Shown one piece after another: positions 12,600-26,200 of a stretch of DNA of 64,000 bases (the first letter of the stretch is position 1; every line of letters starts with the position of its first letter). A model generated the notes under the pieces. The model was not told where the DNA came from. It did no database searches and saw only the letters and a list, made by a program, of their open reading frames with translations. Position numbers and translations under genes: made by a program. The stretch is from Azolla caroliniana (taxonomy: Eukaryota > Plantae > Polypodiophyta), in the NCBI GenBank assembly GCA_043228905.1, contig JBHGNT010000003.1, positions 17,856,001 through 17,920,000 on the forward strand. Reading direction: 5' to 3'.

Positions 12600-13105
12600 T
12601 CATTTCAGAAATCAGAAATAGTGCAAAATCAGAATATGTCTGAATCAGAAACCCCAATCAACAACAACAAAAATGGTGCAAAATCTTTAACTTAGCAAAT
12701 CAGAAACCCTAATCATAATTTGTATTCAGAAATTTGAAATCAGAAACCCTAATCAAAATCTGTAATCAGAAGTTTGAAATCAGAAACCCTAATCAAAATC
12801 TGTAATCAGAAGTTTGTAACCAGAATCCCTATTCAGAAATTCTAATCAGAAATTTATAATCAAAAACCCTAATAAGAAATTTCAATCACAAACCCTAATA
12901 AAAAATCCTAAACAGAAATTTATAAACAAAAACCCTATTCAGAAATTCTAATCTGTAATCAAAATTTGTAACCAAAAACCCTATTCAGAAATTCTAATCA
13001 GAAATTTATAATCAAAAACCCTAATAAGAAATTTCAATCACAAACCCTAATCAGAAATTTATAAACAAAAACCCTAATCAGAAATTTCAATCAAAAACCC
13101 CAATC
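12600..13105. repeat. degenerate ~20/40-bp repeat rich in AAACCCTAAT (telo-box-like)
   Basis: Repeated ATCAGAAACCCTAATCA and ATCAGAAATTT units. Confidence 0.8.
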
Positions 13106-13986
13106 ATCACTAAAGACAGGATTAAACACAAAAAAAGTAATATAAACACACCTGCTACTACTCCCCGATCTGCGAGACATCCTGGTATGGGACTCCAAGG
13201 ACTTCGTCCTATTCGATTTTGGGGAAATATGAATCGGCACCAAAGTTCAGACAGTAGTCAAAAAGAAAAAACAAATGTTTGGGGTTTCTGTAACTGAAAC
13301 ATACCTAGACGATGATCGAGCGGGTTCTGTGTTGTAGCGCTCAATCTACAATGTCGATTTTCTGCTGTTGTGGGAGCTACGTCTGCGTTCGTGGTCTGAG
13401 TACTCCATCTGCGTTCAAAATCAAACTTAGGCTAAACAGGAGATTGATGACATTGAAGTCGACCTTAGATGATGGTGTTATTCCCCAAGTTCCACTACGT
13501 CTGAAACAGAAGTTCAAACATTTGAGTTTTTTCATAAATTAGTTTTTCAAATATTTGATTTTCCCACAAAAAAGACTAGCTAAACAAATAGCTAATTAGC
13601 TATGGCCATTTTAGTAGCTAATTAGCTATAATAGTGTTTCCACTCGCATGCTTTTACCCTCTTCCATTTTCAGATTTATCCTTGTCTTTATTTTCATTGT
13701 CTTCTTCATTTTCTACATTTTGTTTTGGGTCGTACTGTTGTCCGCCGGTGTTGTCCGTCAGACCTAACGCTTAAACGAATAGAATATATTATTAGAAGCG
13801 TTAAAGAAATGCATGTAATGGTTCACGCTAGGAGCGTAACGGACTAAAAGCCCTGGGTATATAAAGGGCGGAAATCCTCTCTAAAGAGCTCGCGTGTATT
13901 TTGAGAGCTACCTTCTATAATACAGTACTATCTTCTCTGATTCCCTTGCCATTGCAAATCGTCTACTGATTCAGTCTATTACTCTG

Positions 13987-16900
13987 TGTTGGGAATATGT
14001 CCCACTAGTGGGACGAGGAACCGACTGTCCAAAAGTTGCAGACTGTCGATGACTACGAGGAGCCGACTGATCGAACCAAGGAGTGCCGACAGTCGAAGAC
14101 AGGGAAGATCCGACTGTTTGGAAAGCCGACAGCCGAAGAGTCGAAAATAGTGAGTCGACTATTTGATAGTTCGACTATTATTATTATAGCAATAATAATA
14201 ATGACACGTAGCAAAGGCTACATTGGTAATGAAGAGACTGGCGAAGAAGAAGTCCGCAATGAACGAACAAATCCCAAACCAGATCGAAGTCGAGAAGTAA
14301 GCCCGTGTCTTTTATTGTGGAAAGCCTGGACACTTCCATAAGGACTGTCGACACTTAAAGAAAGATAAGAGTGTCGGAAATAATGTCAAACCCAGGAAGA
14401 TTCCGGACGAGAAGAACCCTTCGGCCATTCCTACGAGCAATGAAGAACTCTTGTTCATTTGTGAACAGACGAGTGCAAATCTTGCAAGTGAAGCTTGCAC
14501 GTGGGTGATTAATTTTGGGGCATCGTTCCACAACTCCGTCGAGAGAGTATTTCTCGACTTACATAGTCGGGGATCATGACTATGTAAAGATGGGTGACAG
14601 TGGAGAGTGCAGGGTAACCAAAGTCGGAAGTGTTTGCTTAACGACATCGACAGGGTGTCGATTGACTTTGAAGGATGTTCGACACGTCCCTAATATCATA
14701 TTGAATCTTATATCGAAAGGAAGGTTAGATGAAGAAGGCTATAGTGGTAGCTTTCGAAATGGCAAGTGGAAGTTCTGTCGAGAAAATCTTATAGTGGCCC
14801 GAGCACAAAAAGAAGGCACATTATATATGATGCATGCCCGACTGTGCAAATCGGAAGTAAATGTGGCAGCCGACTCGGTAGGAGAAATATGGCAGAAGAG
14901 GCTAGGCCACATGAGTGAGAAGGGAATGCACCTGGTAGCAGACAAGAAACTTCTGCCAGAAGTCAAGGGAGTGCACTTGGAGAAGTGCTTCAACTGCTTA
15001 GTCGAAAAGCAAAATAGAGCAGTATTCCACACAAGACCACCGAGGAGAAGAGAAGTGCCGCTAGACCTAGTACACACGGACGTGTGCTATGTTGATGCTC
15101 CATCGCATCGAGGTGGACAATACTTTGTGACATTCATTGACGACCATAGTCGGAAGACATGGGCCTTTGTACTGAAGATGAAGGATCAAGTACTGTCGGT
15201 TTTCAAGGAGTTCTAGGCAAGAGCCGAAAGAGAGTCGGGTCGGAAGTTCGAGGAATACTGCAAGAGCCAAGGTATTCGGATCGAATACACAGTGCCAAAG
15301 ACCCCAGAGTTGAACGGGCTTGCAAAGAGGATGAAGTGAACCATCATGGAGAGAGTAAGGAGCATGCTCTCTCATGCGAAACTAGCGAAATCCTATTGGG
15401 CTGAGGTGATGTACACAATTGTTTATCTGATCAACAGGTCTCTCTCAATACCATTGAAGGGTGATGTCCCACATAGGGTGTGGATAGGGAAGGATGTCTC
15501 CTACCAGCATCTGAGGGTGTTAGGATGTCTGGCATACATACATGTACCGAAAGATCAGAGGTCAAAGCTCGACAGCAAGTCAAAAGCATGCATATTCATG
15601 GGATACTCGGAAGATGAATTTGGCTACAGGCTATGGGACCTAGTCAACAAGAAGGTAGTGAGAAGTCGGGATGTAGTCTTTCTAGAAGTCGGAATCGACT
15701 ACCCAGTCAACCCCGACTACCATCAACTTAAGGCCAAGTGAGTCGTCACCGACAGCTGTAAGGAGACCGCTGGCTGACAAAGCCAAATCCGAGTCGGTCA
15801 ATTCGGAGAGACCGATTGACTATGAGTTAGAGTCGGAAGAGCTGCAAAGGCCAATTGATGAATATGAGTTGGAATTACCCAACCAGGAGAGGCCGATTGA
15901 TAAGCAGAATTCCGAGCAAAGAGAAGAGTTGGCAGAGACATCTGAAAGAGAGCCAACAACGAGTGGAAGAAGATACCCACTCAGGGAGAGGTAATCACCG
16001 ACTACATATGCCAGTCAATACATCCTCTTGACTGATGAAGTGAACCGGAGTGCTACGAAGAAGCCATTGCCGATGAGCACAGAGAGAAATGGTTGAGCAC
16101 GATGCAAGATGAGATGGAATCCTTGCACGAGAACTACACCTACGACCTAGTAGAGCTGCAGAAAGGAAAGAGAGCACTCAGGAATAAGTGGGTCTACAAG
16201 GTGAAGACTGGAGCTGACAATGAGCCCAGGTATAAAGCCCATATAGTGGTGAAGGGTTTCCAACAGAAGAAGGGATATTCGCACCATTCGTTAAGATGAC
16301 ATCCATCCGAACTATTCTGAGCATAGCGGCCAGTATGGATTTGGAGATCGAATAGTTGGATGTCAAAACCGCATTTCTACACAGGGAGCTAGAAGAAGAA
16401 ATCTATATGCAGCAAGCCGAAGGCTTTGAGGAGAAAGGAAAAGAGAATTTGGTGTGTTGACTAAAGAAAAGCTTGTACGGTCTGAAACAAGCTCCACGCC
16501 AATGGTACAAGAAGTTCGAGTCCTTCATAATGGAATATCAGCTCCAGTAAACACAGGCCGATCACTGTGTGTTCGTGAAAAGGTACGAAGAAGGAGAATT
16601 CTTGATTCTCTTGCTATATGTCGATGACATGTTGATAGTCGGTCAAGATACAAGGAAGATTGGAAGCTTGACGAAAGCTCTCGGCAAATCATTTGCCATG
16701 AAAGACCTTGGACTAGTTAAACAGATCTTAGGAATGCACATAGTTCGAGACAGAACTCAAAAGGTGTTATGGTTGTCACAATAGAAGTATGTGACGAAGA
16801 TCCTAGAGAGATTTAACATGTCAGATGCAAAGCCGGTGGGCTCAATGTTGCCGACAAGTTGAAGATTGAATGCGAAGTAGTGCCCGAAAGGGGGGAAGGA

Positions 16901-18204
16901 AAAGGCCGAGATGAGGAAGGTACCATATGCCTCAGCCGTTGGCGGTCTAATGTATCCTATGGTCTGTACGAGACCTGACATAGCATTTGTTGTAGGAGTA
17001 GTAAGCCAATATATGAGTAATCGAGGAAGAGAACACTGGGCAACGGTGAAGTGGATACTCAAGTACTTAAAAGGCACCTCAGAGGTGTGCCTAAGGTATG
17101 GTGTCAGAAAACCTGTGTTGGAAGGTTTATCGACTCAGACATGTCAGGAGATGTCGACTCGAGCCGATCCATGTTAGGGTACGTGATGACCTATGCAGGG
17201 GGAGCAGTGTCGTGGCAGTCATGACTGCAGAAGTCTTTAGCTTTGTCGACTACAGAAGCAGAGTATATGGCAAGGTAGAGGCCGGCAAAGAGATGATCTG
17301 GATGAAAATTTTTCTCAACGAATTAGGAATGAAGCAAAAGGAGCTCTTGCTTCACTGTGACAGCCAGAGTGCCATACATCTTACCAAGAATGTTGCATAC
17401 CACTCTCGGACCAAGCATATATAGAGAAGGTATCACTGGTTGCAGGAGAGAGTTGAACAAGGAGAGTTTTCCTTGGTGAAGATCCATAAAAACGACAATG
17501 GATCCGACATGCTGACGAAGAACCTACCTATGGACAAACTCAAAGTCTGTCGACAAAAGACAGGACTGCTTGACTTCCTTCCACAGGAGTGAAGGGGGAG
17601 TTTGTTGGGAATATGTCCCTCCAGTGGGAGGAGGAACCGATTGTCCAGAAATTGCTGACAGTCGATGACTACGAGGAGCCGACTGATCGGACCAAGGAGT
17701 GCTGACAGTCGAAGAAAGGGAAGATCCAACTATTCAGAAACCCGACAGTCGAAGAGTCGAAAACAGTGAGTCGATTGTTTGGCAGTTCAACTATTATTAT
17801 TATAGCAATAATAAGAATGACACGTAGCAGAGGCTACATTTGTAAATAGCCCATACAGTCAGTGTATAAGTATAAATACACTTAGGGAAAAACGAGATTG
17901 TAGAACAGAGAGGACAACAGTAGCACGAGAGCGTGAGAGACAAAGAGAGTGAGTGTGAGCAGCGCCATAGATGTGTGCGTAACAACAGACGTCAAGAGCC
18001 GTACATGGCTGATACACTCGAAGGAGCGTTGTATATCCACTATACATAGTGAAGTTCTGTTCCTGTGGTTTTCTCCTATTTTTTAGGGTTTCCACGTTAA
18101 ATCTTTGTGCACCATTGTTTGTTCTTTTCCTTTTCTAGCATATCTGTGATTCATATTTTCAGCATAGTTCGTTTATTGCTATTTGACCAAATGATTTCTC
18201 AACA
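13987..18204 (+). mobile_element. Ty1/copia (Tnt1/Tork-like) inserted in the gypsy 5' LTR; TSD CTCTG; 5' LTR truncated, PBS and most of gag deleted
   Basis: CTCTG at 13982-13986 and 18205-18209. 3' LTR 17603-18204. PPT GAAGGGGGAG at 17591-17600. 5' LTR homology ends ~14225. Protease, integrase, RT and RNase H fragments carry many stops. Confidence 0.92.
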
Positions 18205-18429
18205 CTCTGTTGGTAACTATTGGCTAGTAAGCGTAGGGTAAGTGTGCATATGAGATCACGCACTGGTGAGCTTCGGTTGTACTGGTCTCCCTTCACGCCT
18301 AACGATACGCTTTGCTTTGTAAGCCTGTTATGATTCACGCACATACGGATCTATTCCTTGCACCACAATCACCTTGAAGTCTACCTGAAAGGACTAAGAG
18401 TAGATCGTGTTCCTAATTGGCAACACTTT

Positions 18430-18447
18430 TGGCACGCCTGGTGGGAC
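18430..18447 (+). promoter_or_regulatory. PBS TGGCACGCCTGGTGGGAC (tRNA-Arg type)
   Basis: Starts with TGG, 4 nt after the LTR end. Resembles the complement of the plant tRNA-Arg 3' end GTCCCACTGGGCGTGCCA (recalled, not searched). Confidence 0.8.
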
Positions 18448-20249
18448 TGTGGTTTAGCACAGACGAGCAACAAGGTATGGATGACTAGCCATAAACGAGC
18501 CAGAGAACTGACCCGACAAGATCGACCACTAACGAGGTCTATCACGCGCTAGACAGAAGAGCATGCTAAGCGGAAATCCCGCCTCAGTGACCACGACTAC
18601 TCCTTCTAGGAGTACACAGTAGACTCCATGCTCACAGAATAGCGCGACGTCAACCACGAAACCCTATCGTCACACGACCAAGGGAGTGCGATTAAACGCC
18701 ACAATAGTCCACATCGCGAAAGCAGGAATTTTCCCCTACCGATCATCAACACAACGTCCTGGATGGCTTTCTCATACCCCCACTTCAACGGAGAAGCAAA
18801 CACCACTAGCCACACCCGGCTATTCCTCAATGTTTGGAATGTGAATCGTGTTGGCATTCCTAGATGGATTTGGTAGCAATCACAACCTTCGACCAGCTGC
18901 AATCGGCGTTCTTGCGTTTTTTTCATCGGAAGGTGCCACAACATGAAATAATCGGGCAGTTCTATACCATCAAGCAACTTCCCACAGAATCCATAGCGGA
19001 TTTCAGTCTACGGCGGAACCTTACACAGACCCTGGTAGATGAAGAGGCCAAGGAAACGTTCTTGGCAGCTCTAAGACGGCCTATCCGGACGACGCTGAAC
19101 ACGCACAGTGTGAAAGGGACTGTCCACGGCATCGCTACGATAGGCGTTGCCTAAGGAAGAGGAGCATCGATTTCGCTAGGCCATTCAGTGTACCATCTGT
19201 TTAAACTCTGGACATTCCGCGGTCGAATGTAACATGCGAATACATTGCCCCATTTGCCATTCATGGACACACACGGTGGACCAATGCGAGTATAATATGC
19301 TAAATAAGCCCACATCCGTAGTACAGCGTATGGAGCCAGAACAGAAATCTCGCAGGAATGATTTAGGACGGCATGAAGAACGTCCCCGGTATATAGGCTG
19401 GAATCAGCGCATGGAGCGCTAGTATCGTAAAACCGTAACACCGACCCGTACTCCGATGAAGAAGATCAAGAAGAGGAAGAATATCAGAGTACCAACCATT
19501 ACAATCGGGGGGGTGGGGGGGCGTCGTTACGACAATCAACGAACTACAAACAATCATCGAGGATTCAATGGGGCTCGTCCAAATGGAAACAATCGTCAGC
19601 ATAAGGACCAGTGCCGTTATGACGAAAGTTCAGAGGACGACCGGCGTCAAGACCCACGCCAAGAATACCGTCAACAACCCCGGAATAACAGGCGACTTCA
19701 GCATAATTGTGACGAACAAGTAGTCCCGGCAGAAACTAATACGCCTCCGGTAGTAGAAAGAGGCAAGTCTGACGTACTCTGTTTCTCGGCAAACCTTGGC
19801 TACGCTCAGCCAACATCAAACAAAATTGACAGCATAATTGTATCAACTTCCAGCGACGCCGAAGCAAAGTTCGCGTGTCCACTTAGGAAACGGCGGCACC
19901 AACCAAGGGCATAACGCCATTATACACTGAAGATATACATATGCTAGAAGGAGTAGATGATACAAAGCTTGAGGTGTACCTAGAGGATCACCCGCGGATC
20001 GTTCCATTATTCAAAATTGACGTAATAGAAACCGATGCAGAATATGTCCCAACTAATACGCTTCAGGAAGTTGCATACGAACCGAACCAAGAGTCTCTAA
20101 TGGAGTTAAGTAGAGCACGCGCACCGTTCGAGAGAGAAATGGAAATCTCATGGTGAGTCACCGCTTTGGCATTAGAAGAAGTCTATATCGGAACCTCGAC
20201 TACTCTCAATTGCGAAGGACTTGATCCCAAGTGAGAAGACGACAATGAT

Positions 20250-22930
20250 AGTCTAGCTGCTCAAGGAATATAAGGATGTTTTCGCATGGTCACATGAGGA
20301 CATGCAAGGGTTGGATCCAAAATTTTACCAGCAGAAGATTAACTTGTCCACCAACGCAAAACCGGTGCAGCAACGTCACTATCGAATGAACCCGAATTAC
20401 GTGGTTCACATAAAAGAAGAAATTGACAAACTTCTAAAAGCAGGGTTTATCCGGCCGGTGAAGCAGACCACGTAGCTGAGCCCGATAGTCGTGGTACCAA
20501 AGAAAAATGATAAAATCCGCATTTAACGTCATGACGATTATGGACGCGTTCGCCTTACCCTTCACCGATAGTGTAGTAGACGCGGTCACGGGCCATGACA
20601 TGTATAGCTTTCTAGACGGTTTTGGCAGATACAATTAGGTACACATGCACCCTAACGACCAAGAGAAGACTATGTTCGTCACGGATTGGGGTGTTTTCTT
20701 CGCTATGTTCATGATGTTTGGGCTAAAGACGGCGCCTGCCATTTTCCAACAAATAATTACAGAGATTTTTGGGGAGTACATACCCGCCTTTATGCAAGTC
20801 TTTCTCGACGATATCACGGTATATGGAACACGAGGAGAACATTTGGGCCATCTCCGAGTTTGTTTGGAGCGTTGTCGTATGTCACACCTCAACCTTAATT
20901 TGGCCAAATGTGCATTTGGCGTCACGAGTGGGGCATTTCTCAGACACATCGTAAGCAAGGAAGTGATAGCGGTGGATCCGAACAAAATCATGGCGATCAT
21001 TGAAGCAAAGACTCCGACTAATACCAAAACCCTCAGCCACTTCCTAAGTCAAATACGTTGGCATAGCCACATGTTACGATACTTGGCAAATTTTGCGACC
21101 CCATTACACGCCATCGTACGTCGAACGCCCTTCAAGTGGACGGCAATAGGAGAGAAAGCTTACAACACACTCAAGATAATGTTAACCCAAGTACCGGTCG
21201 TACAACCACTAGATTGGGCTAAACCTTTTCACGTCTTTGTGGATGCCTCAGATATAGCAATAGGCAGTGCATTGATGCAACTCACAGAGCTGAATTGGTA
21301 CAGACCGGTCTATTACGCCAGTCGTAAGCTATCAACTGCCGAGAGGAACTACTCCACAACCGAACGAGAAGCCTTGGGAATGGTATATAGCATCAAAAAA
21401 TTCCGGCATTATTTGCTAGGGCGCACATTTACGTTTCACGTAGATCACGCAGCGTTACTGTATCTAGTTGATAAACAGGCACTGACAAGGAAGTTGGCCA
21501 GATGGATGTTGCTGCTCCAGGAGTTCGATTTCGCAATTCAGCATCAGCCAGGCACGAAGCATGCCGTAGCTAATTTCTTAAGCAGAGTGGATAATGGAGA
21601 TAATGTAGTGAGGGACTATGACGACTTTCCTAACGCTGACATTCTGAGGATTGCGACTATGACATCATAGGCAAAAAAGAATTTTCCGAATCGTTGGTTG
21701 GTGGAAATGACGTACTTTCTAACCACGGGACTGTCACCTCTGCAACTAAGGATGGACGAAAAGAAACGACTGGTTGTCCGCAGTCCTAACTTTTGCCTGG
21801 TCGAAGGAATACTTTACCACAAGGGCAACGATGGGATCTGGTGAAGCAGGATATGCCAGGATGAAAAAGAAGTCGTTCTACGCAAAGCTCATTGTGGTAC
21901 GGCCGGGGGACATTACGCGGGCAATGTTACGGCCCGAAAAATATGGCAAGCAGGTTTATGGTGGCCAACTACGCAAAAAGACGTGTGTCAATATTGTCGA
22001 CAGTGTGATCTATGTCAACAGTTGGGGCAACCTACGAAGCTTGCAAGGATGCCGCACCAACCAGTTCTTCCGCAAGATCCATTCCACAAATGGGGTCTGG
22101 ATTTTGTCGGGCCTTTTCATCGGTAGCAGCATGGACCGGCAATAAGTACATTCTCGTAGCCACGGATTACTGCACTAAGTGGGTAGAAGCAAAAGTGTTA
22201 CGGGATAATACGGTGGCATCCACAACAAAATTTCTTTACGAATACATTTGGTGTCGTTTTGGTTGCCCAATCGAGCTCATCAGTGATCAAGAGAGCCACT
22301 TTCTGAATTCGTTCATCTACGAGCTAACACACTATTACGTCGTAGTTCATAAGAAGAGCACGCCATGTTACCCACAAGAAAATGGGTTAGCGAAATCCAC
22401 GAACAAGACATTACAGACCATAGTGAAAAAGATCGTGAATGAGAATAGAACAGACTGGGATACCAAGCTACACAACGCTTTGTGGGCATATCGGACGAGT
22501 TACAAAACCAGCATACAGTCCACACCTTTCCGGCTAGTGTTTGGGTTAGAAGACATAATGCCCATCGAATTCCAGGTGCCTAGTTTGAGGATTCAGGTAA
22601 GAGACCGACTGTCAGAAGGCAAGTCCGAGCAAATATGGCTACAACAACTTCTCGAATTAGGCAAGGCTCGGATCCATAGTATGGTCATACTCAAGCAAGA
22701 CCAGCATCGATGTAAAGCATTCGTGGATCGACATCGGGGCATGCTTTGCAGTTGGGAAGGCCGTATTGGTCTTCCAAACACGCATGGGTTAAATGCCAGG
22801 TAAGTTACAATTCCGCTGGATTGGGCCGTATTGGATAGTTGGAGCGGAAAATGGCACCTTCCAATTGGGTACCCTCGCTGGAGTTATACTTCGGAAAAAA
22901 GTGAATGGGTTCCGATTAAAGCCGTACTGG
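20250..22930 (+). pseudogene. gypsy pol (RT, RNase H, integrase) with stops and frameshifts
   Basis: ORFs 20645..21670 and 22012..22803: [45 protein letters not shown]. Confidence 0.92.
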
Positions 22931-23299
22931 GACCTACGCCCCGTTTCACACCGTAACTGACACGTCAGAGGGGTCCCGTCACTAATCAGTAGTTGGGACC
23001 CACTTGTAATAAAATGTAACAGTAATATTGTACTTTACCTTTAAAAAAATGAAAAAAAATGAAAAAAAAGAGAGAGAAGATAGTCACGACTATTAAAAGG
23101 TGTTTATGCATGCACAAACTCCAAGATCAAGCACACACGGCACCACGATGTCACACAGGCCAGTGAACCCTAGAACACAAAAAGAGGGAAAAAGAAGTTT
23201 TTCTGCACAGTACAGAAAACGGACTAACTCTCCTCGCCCTCCTCACTCTCCTCGCTCCCCTCGCTCCCCACCATACCACAGAGTCCACGCTCACCATAG

Positions 23300-26200
23300 T
23301 TGGAGAACTTCATTGTAGGTTTCCGCAGGTGGCTCCTAGAAAAGGGTTTTGAGGGGTACATCAGGTTTGTCGAGGCACCTGCACACCTTGATGCTCTCGA
23401 CATCGCCAAAAAGCTCAATGTGGACACTATGACAAACACCACCATTCATAAGAAATTGGACCTATCCGCAAATGGGGAGAAACACTTCGACATTCCCCCT
23501 ATAAGGGAATATTCCGTATCAGCCAAGACATACATAACGAAAGACATCCTGAACCCATTCTTTCGGGAAATAGCCAAGTTCCTACTTGAGGTTGGTTGTA
23601 TGCACGTCAACGTGTACAAGATGCCAAAACAAAAGGCAAGCATCATCATTGATACATTCGAAGGGCGTGTAGTAGATTGGGGAGTGATTACGGGACCAAC
23701 ACTAAGAAAGGGCATGCATGCATACCAGGCCGGCAAAAAGCTGAGGCCGATTATACAACAATACCTTACGATATTGTTTTCACCTCGCGGTCTGCCCGCC
23801 CCACCACCCAATAAACCTACGCCTCCGCCATGATCTGCGAAACGGTGGTTATCGAAATTGGCAACCACAGAATGGGAAGAGGAACCACAACCTTCCCACC
23901 CCGTAGCGCAACAGATGCAGCCGAAATAACTAGCAAGGACAGTCGAAGCACCAACAGCAATGAATGAGCAAGAAACAGAACAGAACCACAAAGATTAGAT
24001 CGAAAGGATGGTTGCGGATTGGTTAAAGACACATCCGCACCAGTCGACATTTCCGCCCCTACGGAGCACATAACTACATTGGAGATAATCTGGGAACCAC
24101 AACCGGTCATTACGGCTCATTCGCAGCGTGGCAAAGGAGTGCTCACAGTGGACAGCGAAGTCCTCAAGTATCCAGACATCCCGGATACGGCCCATGAGTT
24201 CGGCGCACTGTTACAATTTGGGACGACTTACGAACTCATCGAATTTTTGGTGACACAACAGATCAAGGTGTCCTAGAGAATGGCCGAGAAGCATGCAAAA
24301 CAGCAAATGATTGAGCATGCGCTGACAAGAACGGTGGAAAGCAAAGATGAGGGACCCCTCCCCAAGATAGGCAGGCAGCGAAACGTAGGGATTCGTCGCA
24401 TGGGCATTGAATTACCCCCATTGAATACGGCCCTCGTCCAAGTGCATGGGGAGTTGGCCACAATCATTATGGGAGCCAAAGATATGGCTATCCAAAATAA
24501 AAATGCCTGGAAAACAATCAAGTTGACTCAAGCCCAACTACAAAAGGCCCAAGAGCACATTGCGGAATTAGAATGCACCACAACTACGGTGCAGCAAAAC
24601 CCCGGACTAACATCCAGCGATGACGCATCGACAACTTTACGGGAGGAGGTCGAAGCACAAACCGCATCGCCGCAAAAGAAAAAGGTGCTACGCAGTTAGC
24701 CGAATCCGAGATTGACCGCCTCCACACGGAACTTCGCCAATCATCAGATAGGGAAAAGGATGTCTGGTTAAAAAGATGAAGGGCGGTGAAAGCACTTGAG
24801 GATAAGCTCGAGGCGGAGATAGTTGCGCATACCCGCACAACAGAAGAAAATAGAAAGCTGCGTGAGGAAGCTCAAAAGACGGAAGCCGTTGTCGTGAAGA
24901 TCCGTCACTACGCGTGGATCGTGAGGTGGAACCGTCGGGGTTTTGGACCGGAAGGATTCGAAGTTTACGCTAGTTTTAGCGAGAAAGTATTTAAGAGAGA
25001 TTGAGAGAGATTGATATGGCGAGAGAGAGGGATAAAGATTTAACTCTTGATTTTAGATTTGAGAGAGAAGATACATCAACAATAGGGTTACAAGTCTCTT
25101 CTTTGATCATCCAAAAAAATTTCATTCCCCTTTTATCTTTTTCCTCCCCTCTTTTATAGATGCCCTCATGCATTTGAGGGTACAAGACATGCATAAAATG
25201 CATGTTTGCCATTTGGCGCTCACGTATTACATGTGGTGCATGATAACTATGTCACTCATTTTAGCTCTCATGTATGAGAATTTACATGTAAAGTTACAAT
25301 GATAAAAATAAGTGTTGGCTTAGTGATAAGCCTATTGACTCTCAACTTGGAGGTGCAAGGTTCAAATCCTTACTTTCCCTCCTTGTGTATATGTATAAAT
25401 ATTTATTTATTTATTTATCCATCTAGCCGCCGGTTGTCGGATCCCGATTCCGTCGCCAGATGTCGGTTACCGTCCGGTTCCATAATCGGATGCCGCTGGC
25501 TCACCAACTCCGTCATCGATCTGGTTTTGGTTGGCCAAAATCTTTGCAAGTAGTCAGGCCACACCCATTCATCCAATAGCTTAGTTCAAGTCACCTTGAA
25601 CTCTCTATGCTCCACACATAGACACAAAGATAATAGCTTTTGCTCTACCATATATAGGTGAGATCCTTATTTATCCTGTCTATGTGGGATATCTCACAAT
25701 TTTATTTTTCTCTTTGTCGTTGCAAACTTCCTACCCACATAAGTTGATACTTAGATGTCCGTTTCTTATGTAGTAAATGCATCCAAAAGCTCTTCAAGAC
25801 CTCCATCTTTTTGTACTAAGATATTAAACTTACTTAAAATTAGTATCTTCACTATTATTGTTTTATATGAATCACACTCGATTTTGTACGTTTTATGTGA
25901 TTTTCACACCATTGCCTAAAATCTTCACGACACCGTTATCATGGGACTCTGAGAGTTATTGGAAAAGAAGAAAGCGTGGTATGACAAACGGCTCGTGCAG
26001 GAACTGGAACTGAAGCATCAAGTAGAAGTCCGCTTGAACAATGAAATGGACCGACTTGGGGAACTACACTTGAAAGAATCCCAGTTATGGGCAAAGATGA
26101 AGAGCCTCTATGAGGAAGCGACTACGACCAATAATCGTAAAATCGAAAACCTCAAGAAAGCCTTGGACGAAGTGCAAACCCACTCCCAAATGATAACGGA

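Larger units (their letters stand above)
6822..13659. mobile_element. TIR DNA transposon with 25-bp TIRs starting GGG and 4-bp TSD TCTT; Sola2-like, probably non-autonomous
   Basis: GGGTGAAAGCATGCGAGTGGAAACA (6822-6846) versus TGTTTCCACTCGCATGCTTTTACCC (13635-13659), one mismatch. TCTT on both sides. Host copia sequence resumes after it. The Sola2 assignment is inferred from GRG termini plus the 4-bp TSD. Confidence 0.85.

Noticed and set aside
12600-13105. Interstitial telomere
   Set aside because: AAACCCT motifs are dispersed in a longer unit, not tandem heptamers.
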